Assembly: GCA_043228905.1 (NCBI GenBank)
Contig: JBHGNT010000001.1
Coordinates: 32,860,001-32,924,000 of the forward strand
Reading direction: 5' to 3'
DNA: 64,000 nucleotides
Source of the DNA: Azolla caroliniana
Taxonomy: Eukaryota > Plantae > Polypodiophyta
A model generated the notes under the pieces. The model was not told the DNA's origin and did not search any database. It was given only the letters and a program-made list of their open reading frames with translations. The translations under genes were made by a program, and so were the position numbers. This document shows positions 13,018 through 23,957 of the stretch, one piece after another (position 1 is the stretch's first letter; every line of letters begins with the position of its first letter).

Positions 13018-14779
13018 AGCATGCACCATGCATATCTCGCAACAAAAACTCATCACATCCAAACTTTTATGTTTGTCTTAAAACACACAAAACTTAATGT
13101 TTGCATTTAAATTCAATTTGTAAATTTGAAGAATAGCACACGAATTAGCATCCATGTTATTGATGATGATTTGTTTTAATCATTAATTGATTAAAGATAG
13201 GCCAAACGGTTTACTTGTGCAAGTAAACAATAACATATCTAATTATCATTGGCTCATCTTTAATCAAATTAATTGATCGATAGCCTTTTTAACATGTCAA
13301 AGAGTGTGACAATAACCTTTTTCATTTGCTTTATGTGAAAGGTGCATCTCAACGTCAAGACAGTCTCATCAGTCTTCCCGCACTTAAAGTCATGGTGCCA
13401 AATGACACTTGTCTTAATATTCATCTATTTGTATCTACATATAAAGATAACAGTCTCCTCAAACATACATGGCCTATGACAATCATGTACCAAAAGCTAG
13501 TATTTGTTTTTCGCTCTTGTTATATATCTACCACTATTACTTATGTTGTTGCTACTACAACTACCTTTTTTATGTGTTTTGAATGGCTCACAAGAACTTA
13601 CATAAGTTTAAAAGGTTATTGCAAAGTGCAAATGGTAAACACATCAAAATGTTGGCCATGAGAGGATTACGGAATCTCGTTCCAGCGTAAAATCACAATT
13701 TAAAACTCTTCCAATGTATTGTGTGGGTGCGGTCATTCATTTGTTTTCTTGTAAAAGTTGATTACATTTGCCTAGTCGATTGTGTGAAGTGTACGATCTA
13801 CATAATGCATATTCGTTCGTGATGCAGTAACATTGCATGCATGTATGTATGTATGTGTGTGTGTGTTGGTTGCAAAGAAAGGGGTATATGGTATGCATTT
13901 GATTGGCATGTATATATATATATAATAATATATGTATGCTACACATAATTGGTATGTATGTATGTATGTATGTTGCATGTAATTTGGGAGCTTCGAAAGA
14001 TTTGGGGGGGGTACCCTGCGAATTTCGTAAAACCAGGAGGGGTAGAATTCTCGACATTGTGAGGAGCTTTGCGGAGCAGTCGACTAGTCAGGACTCAGGC
14101 AGTCGTCGGTCAGTGGTGGTGCGGTGCAATCTTAGCGTTCCATGGAACGCAAGAAAATAAGCTTCTGGCTTTTCTTCAGTCTCTGATGACACACAGAGCC
14201 ATCCACGACGATGTCAATCCTCTTCATCTCAATAAAAAAGAAACGTAAAAAGACCTTCTCAACATTATACACCTCTGTATGTTGTTTTAGGGTTTGGCCT
14301 TTCCTCTTCGTTTAGCTTATCTTGCTATTTTCCTTCTCTCTCTCTCCTTTTCTCTGTTAGGAACTTTTATGAAATGCTCATGATGCAGAAAAATATGCAG
14401 CGAATGGGTCATGTAAGACATAGAGATTTATCCATAAACACCTATTCTCTTATCCAAGGCACAATGGTATTTCTTTTTTCTCTTTCAGACATCATCTAAG
14501 CTCAAATTTAAGGTAAGATCGTTCCTTTTATCCTTTTCCTGTTTTAATTTGATTTTTGAAGGATATAGTCACATTGAAAAGAAGAATTTATTTATAAGAC
14601 AAGGATGATAATCATCTTTTATAGAGGAGAAAAGATGAAAAATTTCGGCTAGGATATTTTCTTTTTTGTGGAACTGTACTGATATTTGCTGTTTGCATCT
14701 TTTCCTGTAAGACCCGGCATTTTTAGCGAATTTTATTTTTGGAGGGTTTCAGTGAAAAATACTTGTTTATTAAGAAATC

Positions 14780-15410
14780 GACGAGAATGAGAATGAGAAA
14801 TTAATTTTCTATCCATAATAAGAAAGTAAAACAAAACGAAGAATGGCACTGCTGATAAATTGAAGATCCCTCCATTTCTTTTTCATGCCAAGTCCTTTCC
14901 TTTTTGTTGCATTTGATTGTTTATGCACATCTAAGAAAAAAGCGTCATTACTCTAGAAAGGACGGAAATTGAGAAATTATTTCTCTTTTCATCCCAAGAA
15001 AGGAAATGAAGGATACGATTACCTTTGGTGCCCGAAAGAGCTTTACAGTTTTCTTTACCATAGAAAAGGATGGGAATTAACACTTTTTTGTATTTTCATC
15101 CTAAGAAAGCGAGATCTTTCCTTTGTGTAGAATTTGAATGTAAATGCACTGAAGGATACAGATTCAACAAAACGGACTAGAAAGGGATGCAACTCTGCAT
15201 TTATTTAGTTTTTCCATCCCAAGGAAGTAAAGAAATGAACTGGAAGATCCTAACAGTTCCTGATCATCGATTTGAGTTCTGCTGCTGGACATATCCAGAG
15301 TCAGTGGAAAGAAGAAATCATTCCTAGAAATGGATGGGAATGAGAAATTATCTTTCTTTTTCCTAAGAAAGAAAAGAAATGAAGAAGGGTGCTTTTGGTA
15401 ACTGGAAGAT
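14780..15410. repeat. Degenerate ~110-150-bp repeats in the 5' leader intron region of the first PPR gene
   Basis: The motif tagaaa(a)ggatgg(g)aat..gagaaatta..tttc..tttcatcc.aagaaag recurs at ~14952, ~15061, ~15178, ~15325. Candidate leader-intron donor AG|GTAAGA at 14512. Confidence 0.55.
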
Positions 15411-18285
15411 CATTAGCTTAAACGAGGCCCTGGTTTCATTGGAAGGAAACTTGTTGCCTAAGCCATCCATTCAAGACTTATCCTGCCTTTTGCATAAATG
15501 CAGCAATTTAAGGAACCGAGATGGTGCCTTACGGATGCATTCTTACATGAAAAAAAATGGACTTCAATCCGATAAATTGTTGGGAAATTATATGGTTTCT
15601 TTGTTGGCAGATTTCGGAATCATGGATGAGGCTCAAAAGGTATTTGATGGACTCAGTCATAGAAGTGAATGGTCCTGGAATTCTCTTATGAGAGGCTACA
15701 TCAATTCTGGAAATCCAGAACTTGCTCTGGCACTGTATCAACAGATGCAAATAGATTCTGTACATCCTTCTGCACATGTATTTGTGGGATTGTTGAAGGC
15801 TTGTACAAAGCTGAAGGATCTTCAATTAGGTTTGCAAATACACATAGAAGTTGCCAGAAGAGGTTTTTTCGCTAGCAATATCTTTGTTGGCAGTGCGGTG
15901 GTTGCCTTATATTCGAAATGTGGCTCACTGGCAATGGCAAAAGAAGTATTTTATTGTCTTCCAGTGCAACATGTTGTTGCTTGGACTTCATTAGTTACAG
16001 GATATGTTGAACATGGGGATTGTGAGGAAGCACTTACATGTCTAGAACAAATGAAGCTTGAGGGTGTTTTTCCTAATACTGTTACATATATTTGCAGCTT
16101 GAAAGCTTGTACTAGCATGAGAGATATTGTGAATGGGCAGAAGATACATGTTGAAATCATAAGCCAAGGGTTATCAATCAATGATGTTGTTGTTGGCAAT
16201 GCATTGATAGATATGTATGCTAAATGTGGATATATTGGTGTTGCAAAAACAGTATTTGACATGCTTTCAGCTCAAGATGCAGTCTCGTGGACATCTCTTA
16301 TCTCAGGCCATGCTGAAAATGGGGATACTCAGCAAGCTCTTAGATATTTTGAAAAGATGCAAAGTGATGGTGTCATTCCAGATGCTCACACCTTTGTTTG
16401 TATGTTGAAACTTTGTAGCACTATTGGAGCCACAATGAAAGGCCAAGAAATACATGATAAGATTGAAAGACAGGGACTGCTCAGAAAAAATGTTATACTT
16501 GGCAGCGTTTTGGTGGATATGTATGTCAAATTTGGTTTGCTTATAAAAGCACAAGAAGTGTTTGATGGACTACCAGTCCAAAATGTGGCTGCATGGAATG
16601 CATTAATTACAGGATATACTGAACATGGTCAAGATGAAGAAGCGCTCCAGTGCTTTGAGCAAATGCAATGTCAGGGTGTTCCTGCTGAAGCAGTCACTTA
16701 CATTTGCACGTTGAAAGCGTGTGGCAACATTCAAGCTATAGAAAGGGGCCAAGAAATTCATGCTGAGGTTGAAAGAAATGGATTATTGGAAAGAGAGCTT
16801 ATCGTTGGTAATGCTTTGATTAATATGTATGCTAAATGTTGTTTTCTTACGGCTGCGCATGAATTGCTTGAGGCACTTCCTATTCGAGATGTGGTCTCAT
16901 GGAATGTACTCATATCAGGATACATGGAACACGAGTTCAGTGAAGAAGCAATCAGCTGTTATGAACACATGGAAATTGAAGGTGTGTCTCCAGATTCTGT
17001 CTCATTTCTCTGCAGTTTAAGAGCTTGTTGTAGTAGAATAGGATTAGGGAAAGGGCAAGAAATACATGCAGAAATTGAAATGCGAGGCCTAGTTGAAACA
17101 GACATTGCTGTCGGTAATACATTAGTCTCGATGTATGCCACATTTGGGTCACATTTTGAAGCACAACATCTGTTTCATATGCTTCCTGTTAGGAACACAA
17201 TTTCATGGAATGCATTAATTTCAGGGTATATTGAATGTGGGCACAATGAGAAAGCACTTGAGTATTTTCAGAAAATGAGGGTTGAAAATGCTCAGCCAGA
17301 TATTGTTACTTTCATCTCTTGTTTGAATGCATGTAGCTCCATTCAAAATCTCAGCAAAGGTGAAGAAATATATGCTGAAATAGAAAAACAGGGATGGTTA
17401 GAAAAGGACATTGTAATTGGCAACACTCTAGTGAACATGTATGCAAAATGTGGTCAGCTCGATAAAGCACTTAATATTTTTGAGGAGCTTCAAGTTCGAG
17501 ATGTAGTCTCATGGAATGCATTAATTGCTGGATATGCTGAACATGAATACGCCGAGGAAGCTCTCTCATGTCTTGAACAAATGCAAATTGAGGGTGTTTC
17601 CTTGAGTCCCGCCACACTTGTTTGTGGGTTAAATGCTTGTGGAAAAGTTGGAGCTCTGGACAAAGCTGGTGAAATACATACTGAAATTGAAAGACAAGGA
17701 TTGCTAGAAAGGGATCTTATTCTTGGCAACTCATTGGTTAGTTTATACTCCAAATGTGGCTGGCTTGACTTAGCACAAAAAGTATTTGACAAACTTCCGT
17801 TGCGGAACGTAGTGTCAAGAACCATTCTTATGGTGGGATATGCCCAGATTGGTGAATGTGAAAAAGTAGTGTCTATATTTGATACAATGCTAGAGGAGGG
17901 TATAAAGCCAGATTCAGTTACTTTTATTGTTATTCTAGCTGCATGTAGTCGTGTTGGTCTGTCACATGAAAGTGAAAGGTTCTTTGAATCAATGAGCAAA
18001 GAATATGGTGTACCTCCAATGCTTCAGCACCGTGCTTGTATGGTTGACCTCCTTGGTCGTATTGGCCAAGTCGATAAGGCAATAGAAATGATAAGGAAGA
18101 TGCCGGGTCTTCCGAATGTTGTAATTTGGCAAACAATATTAACTGCCTGTCAAAAGTGTGGAAATTTCAAGCGTGGGAAAGAGGCCTTTGATGAAGCTGT
18201 AGGTTTGGATGAAAGGGATGCTATAGCCTATGTCTTTATGTCTCATATCTGTTCTGGCGTTGAATTGCAAGAGTTTCAATCGTAA
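15379..18285 (+). CDS. PLS-class pentatricopeptide repeat protein with C-terminal E domain and no DYW (968 aa); probable organellar RNA-editing specificity factor
   Basis: Single 968-aa ORF with about 7-8 P-L-S triplets (VVSWNALIAGY.. / PD.VTF...L.AC.. / .GN.L..MY.KCG....A..VFD), followed by P2-L2-S2 and E motifs (CMVDLLGRIGQVDKAIEMIRKMP..PNVVIWQTILTAC...AYVFMSHI). Confidence 0.95.
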   Translation: MKKGAFGNWKIISLNEALVSLEGNLLPKPSIQDLSCLLHKCSNLRNRDGALRMHSYMKKNGLQSDKLLGNYMVSLLADFGIMDEAQKVFDGLSHRSEWSWNSLMRGYINSGNPELALALYQQMQIDSVHPSAHVFVGLLKACTKLKDLQLGLQIHIEVARRGFFASNIFVGSAVVALYSKCGSLAMAKEVFYCLPVQHVVAWTSLVTGYVEHGDCEEALTCLEQMKLEGVFPNTVTYICSLKACTSMRDIVNGQKIHVEIISQGLSINDVVVGNALIDMYAKCGYIGVAKTVFDMLSAQDAVSWTSLISGHAENGDTQQALRYFEKMQSDGVIPDAHTFVCMLKLCSTIGATMKGQEIHDKIERQGLLRKNVILGSVLVDMYVKFGLLIKAQEVFDGLPVQNVAAWNALITGYTEHGQDEEALQCFEQMQCQGVPAEAVTYICTLKACGNIQAIERGQEIHAEVERNGLLERELIVGNALINMYAKCCFLTAAHELLEALPIRDVVSWNVLISGYMEHEFSEEAISCYEHMEIEGVSPDSVSFLCSLRACCSRIGLGKGQEIHAEIEMRGLVETDIAVGNTLVSMYATFGSHFEAQHLFHMLPVRNTISWNALISGYIECGHNEKALEYFQKMRVENAQPDIVTFISCLNACSSIQNLSKGEEIYAEIEKQGWLEKDIVIGNTLVNMYAKCGQLDKALNIFEELQVRDVVSWNALIAGYAEHEYAEEALSCLEQMQIEGVSLSPATLVCGLNACGKVGALDKAGEIHTEIERQGLLERDLILGNSLVSLYSKCGWLDLAQKVFDKLPLRNVVSRTILMVGYAQIGECEKVVSIFDTMLEEGIKPDSVTFIVILAACSRVGLSHESERFFESMSKEYGVPPMLQHRACMVDLLGRIGQVDKAIEMIRKMPGLPNVVIWQTILTACQKCGNFKRGKEAFDEAVGLDERDAIAYVFMSHICSGVELQEFQS

Positions 18286-18699
18286 GGCCAACTATTGATG
18301 ATTTACTTAGTAATGATGATTGATTTCACACATATTTAACATTTTGATGATCAGTTTGTTGTTCTCCAGGAGCAAGAAGAATTTACAAGGCATGTGAGAC
18401 ATGTTTCTAAAGGAAGCTGCATGTTCTTCGGTCTTGGATTGGATATAATTGATGGTGAAAATATGGTTTATGTGAGCCTGGTCTTTGGTTTAAGGAAAGA
18501 AGCTCTAGCCCCATTTACGTCAGATTGGCCTACCTAAATCTGGAGCAACACTACCCCAATTTACATCATGTCGTATTGTAAGGAATATTCTTGCATCCCT
18601 TTGACGATGCTACTATTCTAATTGTATTTTATCTCCATAAGCTCAAACCATGGCTCACCTAAGACAACCGGTTTAGGGTTCACAAACAGTGACCGAATC

Positions 18700-19010
18700 A
18701 CGGTTAGTGATCCAAAAACCCCAGTTGGAGTCCCTGAATCACGTTATATGACCTGAAAACTCTACTTGGGGTCTGTGAATCCCATTTTGTGACCCAAACA
18801 CCCTGCTTGGGTTCCCTAATCATGTTCTGTAACAAACGCCTTGCTTGGGGTTCTTGAATCACGTTTTGTGACCCAAAAACCCCGTTGGGGGTCTCTAAAT
18901 CATGTTTCATAATTAAATCATGGTTTGTGAGTTGCTTGAGGCCCCGAACCACATATTGGGACCCAAAAACCTTGCTTGGGGCTCCCGAATCATGGTTTGT
19001 GACCCCAAAA
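18700..19010. repeat. Degenerate ~41-bp minisatellite (about 7 units)
   Basis: Consensus gacccaaaaacc(c/t)tgcttggggtcyctgaatcacgttttgt repeated from ~18700 to 19010 with one interruption. Confidence 0.8.
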
Positions 19011-19451
19011 AATGCTATTATTTTTATTGTAAAAAAAAATCAATGTCAATGTTGTGAGATCTTTTTTTTGGAACAATATTTTTGTGTGTCTCAATCTCAA
19101 ACTAAACAATGAATGGTTGAATCCACAATGTTAACCTCTTACTAACTCGATGAGCATCAACACAAACTTTTGTTGAGTCAGGTCTCTCCAATATGAAGAT
19201 GACCAAAGAAAGGAAAAACATTGCTACGATATGGGTTTTGTATTTCATCAATTGGGGGGGATATCAATCATGATGTATTTTTAGGCTACTGAACTCCAAG
19301 ACATAAGTAGAGAGAACAAGAATTTGTTAACACAAAATAGATATTCGTGTAAACCAAACCTTCATGAACGAAATCATTTGCCCCACTATCCCTAGGTGTA
19401 CTTAAGATTGAGCATGTGGACGCAAATCCAAATGCATCATGGTGCAAAAAC

Positions 19452-19454
<3 letters not shown>

Positions 19455-19492
<38 letters not shown>
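19455..19492. repeat. (GA)n microsatellite
   Basis: About 19 GA units. Confidence 0.9.
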
Positions 19493-19495
<3 letters not shown>

Positions 19496-20261
19496 TGATT
19501 ATCGCGTTCAAGGTTAAATATGACCTATGAGACAAAAATTCACATAATGCATGTGAAAGTGAGTAGCTTGGATGATCAAGAACTCTACTAATGAATGTTG
19601 CAAATCAAGAGCGCACACTATGACCGTGAAAGAAATTCATGCAAGGATTGAATAAAACCTAGACGAGACGGGAGTTCTTATATATCCAATGCGAGGACTT
19701 GGACACGGTCTATAAAATATTTGATGGCTGTGGTGAATCAATTAAGGAAGGTGAAGAAGTCCTTTGCCTTTCCTCATATCCACACGACCACCAATGGTTT
19801 CACACACCGCAAGTGTCGGTGCGGACGTATGGCATTGATATGAAGAAGTCAGATGGTCCTTTACAATCAAATCGGCGATGAAGAGGTAACAACACGGAGC
19901 AACATCCGGACAAAGAGTCAAGTGTGTGCACTGTGAACAACAAAAAGAGGCCAAAAGTGCTTCCGAGGGAAGCCTAGATAGAGAAGGATATATAAACATA
20001 TATATATACAACATTCATATTACATTGGTAGAGTATGTAGATGATGAAGTTATTCTTATGTAGTAGTGTATTGTATGTCTAGTAGTAAATAATAGTACAT
20101 AGATATAGCAGCTGCTGAGTGCATAATCAGGATTTGAACCCACAACTCCTGAACCTTTGGAACAGAACAGAGCCTCCCCAACTGGAAGAAGAAGAAGAAG
20201 AAGAGGAGGAGGAAGAAGAAGAAACAGAGTTGAGAGAGGAGACAGAGAGGAGGAGGAGGCC

Positions 20262-21830
20262 ATGGGGGGTTCCGAGGAAGGTGAAGACGGGGACGAAGAA
20301 GAGGTGGAGACGGATCTTCCAAAGGATGCGAAGCTTGTGAAGAGCATTCTGAGGTCGATGGGCGTGAAGCAACATGAGCCTCGTGTCGTTCATCAATTCC
20401 TCGACTTCTGGTATCGCTATGTCGTGGAGGTCCTAGGGGATGCCCAGCTCTACTCGGAGCACGCCGGTAAGCCGTCCATTGATTCTGACGATCTGAAGCT
20501 CGCCATTCAAGCTCGGACCTCTGGTGGCTCCTCCTTCTCCCAGCCACCGCCCAGAGAGGTATTTTACACTTCATCGCTGTTCCCCTTTCCCTGTTTTTGT
20601 TTCGACGGAGAGATAGATAGATAAATTGATGCCCAGGAAGATGCATAATGTCTACTTTGTGGTCTGGGTCGAGCCACTGTGAAGATCAAACTTGGGTTTT
20701 TTCTTAAATTTCCTTCTTTTTGGTTACTAAGATGTAAGCCACAATGTCAGAGAGAGAGAGAGAGATCATGAAAATTATGACTGAGAATTAGTTGCGTGCA
20801 AGGATAGGCTCCGCCTGCAAATGTGGAGAAAGCAAGTGAATCTGATTGAACTGGGAGCATTGTAACAGACTGTGATACTCAGACTCATTAATTTGAACCG
20901 GGGTTTGGGGGGGGGGGATGCATAGAAATGACACAGTAGTAAATTTACCTGCCCTAAGTGTTTTTTTTTGCTTTAGCTAGTGCACTTAAGGATGTGGAAT
21001 TAAGGGAAAGGAGATGACTTGTCATCTTACACATCGAAATATTTATTATTGTTGTGGATTGGTAGCACAATCATCTCTTCAAATTCTTACAATAGTAGAT
21101 TTCAGACTCTATAAACAAAACTTAAAAAGGAAAATACAGAGCTATGTAAAATTGACCTTGTACCATTCAGAATGTAATCATTGTTTTTGTGGAAATACAG
21201 ATTGTGGTGGGTTTGTGCCAAGGGTATTGTTCAAATTGGTAGCTTCTGGTCCTAGAGTCAGGGTAAGGCTTTAAAAGCATTATGGGAGTGTAGACATATG
21301 GCCACTCACAATTTCCTTTCTTATAGAGGATATTACCTTGTGCTAAGCCCTTGTATTAGTTCATGGGTAGCTGTTAAGTCACTGGTTTGTCTGAGCCATC
21401 TTTGTTTTTTATGGAGTTTAATTCTGTTTTTTTTTGTTTTTTTGGTCCCCTGTTTGGCCTTGACAAAGAAAGAATATTAATGGAGTTAAATTTTCTTTTT
21501 CTTTTTTCTTGACCTTGACAAAAAGTACAGGTATTAATGGAACTGGCTAGGGTGAGGAATAGTATACCCTTGCCAAAGGCTATTAGTGGACCAAGTATTG
21601 CATTGCCTCCAGAGCAAGATATGCTTGTAGCACCGAATTATCAAATTGCAGCGCTACAAATGAAGAATATAGATGAGGTTGAAGGAGATGATGGTGGTGC
21701 AAGTCACACACCCACTACTTCTTCCGAAAGAAATGGCATGCCACCTCCAACAACATCACAACACATGGACCACGATAGTTCTAGGAAAGTTACTTTTAGC
21801 CTTTCTGGTAGTAAAAGACCCCATAGTTAA
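20262..21830 (+). CDS. TAF9: Transcription initiation factor TFIID subunit 9 (histone fold), ~198 aa, 2 exons
   Basis: Exons 20262-20558 (GAG|GT) and 21531-21830 (CAG|GTA). Peptide [107 protein letters not shown] is the TAF9 signature. Confidence 0.96.
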
Positions 21831-23430
21831 AAGGTCTTTTTACAACATGAACCAGTCTGGACTTTATATTCATCTCCTATTTGAGAGCTGAATGTATTTT
21901 TATATTCTAAACTTACTAACAATTTACATGATACTGTATGTGTATAATGACTGAAATTGTTTTTGTGTTCTCCAATTGCATTTGTCGAAGGGTTGCATGA
22001 GTCACACTGCTTTATTTAAAAAATCTTCAATTGTCGAAGAACCAAATGAATAATACATCATCTGTTCATTAAATCATTCTGCTAGGGAATTGTTTCAAAA
22101 AATGTAGTCAAGGAGGATCTACTAATTTCAGCATAAATAGGGGAAGCTCTTCTTATCTCCCACCATATCAATAGCTTGAAAATGGATCTCCAATATGCCA
22201 CATTCATCTATGGATTCAAGATCTTCAAGTGTATCTTGCACGCAAGAAGCAATTTATTAATGACCAGAGTTTTGAAGTTGATATGCAAGAAGCAATTGAT
22301 TAGCTACCTGAGTTTTGAAGTTGAATGAACATGGAGATGCTTTTAGTACCACAATGAAGGATGTCAAATTGCAGTATGAAGGATTTTGGAAAAAACAATA
22401 TGATTTGCTCATCCCATTGTTAAATTGCCTTGGATATTCCAAGGAATGTAAAATTTCATGCACATGCAAAGCATCTGCAGTTCAAAGTTAAAACCCAAAT
22501 ATAACATGTAGTGGAGATTCAAGCTAGTCAGCACAACAATGTGAAGAGATACGTGAAGCTTTGATATTTCATGGACATGATTTACTCTAGAATTGGCAAA
22601 GTCTTCTTCTCCATGCGAATTAGACTAAGATGAAGGTATCATATATGGTAGTATGAAAAAATAGTGTGGCTACTTTTTTGCAATGTTATCAAGTGCCAGA
22701 CATATGGTACTTTCACCGTCTTTCCAAGGTAATAATATGATGGTGTTGCCTTCTCAATTGCGTGTGTATTATACACTAGTTAATCTACTTGAATACATGA
22801 ATGCCATGCCCCATCGTTTGCTTTGATGATGATTCTATTTTCTAAGGTTTGAATCATACCTAAATACTCTTTCGGCGTCTTAATGCATGATTTCTAAAAT
22901 AATTTGGAGTAATTCAAGAGATAATGATTGGGTCGAGTAAATGGTCATATTTAGTCAATCACACATGTAAAAAATGGGGGAATAAAGTCGTAATAATTGG
23001 ATCATTTTGGTAAGGTAATTTTAAGGAAGAAGGTCGTTATCATTTGATTGGCTCATCAATGATTCTCATGTAGAGATAATGCCCGGGTTGTGTGGTAATG
23101 TTTCTACGCTCATGCGTTGTACCACCATGTGCATGTATTATATGTGCAATTGAATGATTCATTCCTTATGACTAAATTTCTTGGGAAATGCATTGGTAGC
23201 TATAAATTAGTCGTGTATTTGCGGCCTTTGCCGGTTAGTGGATGAGTGTGAATCCAACCTCTAGGTGGGTGTGAAAGTAGAGGCGAGAAGCCTCTAGTGT
23301 GTGTTCATTTTGTTTGACATCGGAGTGATGTTAATTATACTCATGCAAACACGAGAAGTGGACCCACAAGTCGAACGATTCGGGGGGGAGTAAGTATTTC
23401 GAATCTCTCATTTCCGCAAACCCGATGGAT

Positions 23431-23594
23431 GATACTAGTAATAAGCCAACGGTATATCGGAAAAGATGGTAGAGAGTCGTTGTCATCGACACGAGGGAGG
23501 GTGTGTGTGTGTGATACTGGTAATAAGCCAACGGTATATCGGAAAAGATGGTAGAGAGTCGTCGTCATCGACACGAGGGAGGGTGTGTGTGTGA
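23431..23594. repeat. Near-perfect 82-bp tandem duplication (2 copies) upstream of the I9 inhibitor gene
   Basis: gatact(a/g)gtaataagccaacggtatatcggaaaagatggtagagagtcgt(t/c)gtcatcgacacgagggagggtgtgtgtgtg starts at 23431 and 23513. Confidence 0.92.
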
Positions 23595-23957
23595 ACATCA
23601 TAAACCATTAGTTTTGCGCAAACACTTACTTTTGACACACACAAAAGTGTGTCCCAAGTGACAAGAAGGGCTGCTAAGTAAGTTAGTGTGGGTGGTGGTG
23701 ATGGGTATTCATCACACACGTGTGTGGGGAACTCCTCTACTCAAAAGAAAAAGCATGTATACATACATATATGTATGTACATAATATATAGAGGCATAAA
23801 TTTATAATATAAAGAAACCCCCCATTCTTCCTTTATATATATATGTATGTATATACAACACATATATTTATGTATACATATGAAACAGAGTACATTTTGT
23901 GTACAGAAGAAACAGAGGAGTACATTTTGCATGACACATGCGTGAGGAATAAGAATC

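Noticed and set aside
20056-20646. 196-aa antisense ORF over TAF9 exon 1
   Set aside because: It is a GC-rich and (GAA)n shadow of the real + strand exon, with no domain features.
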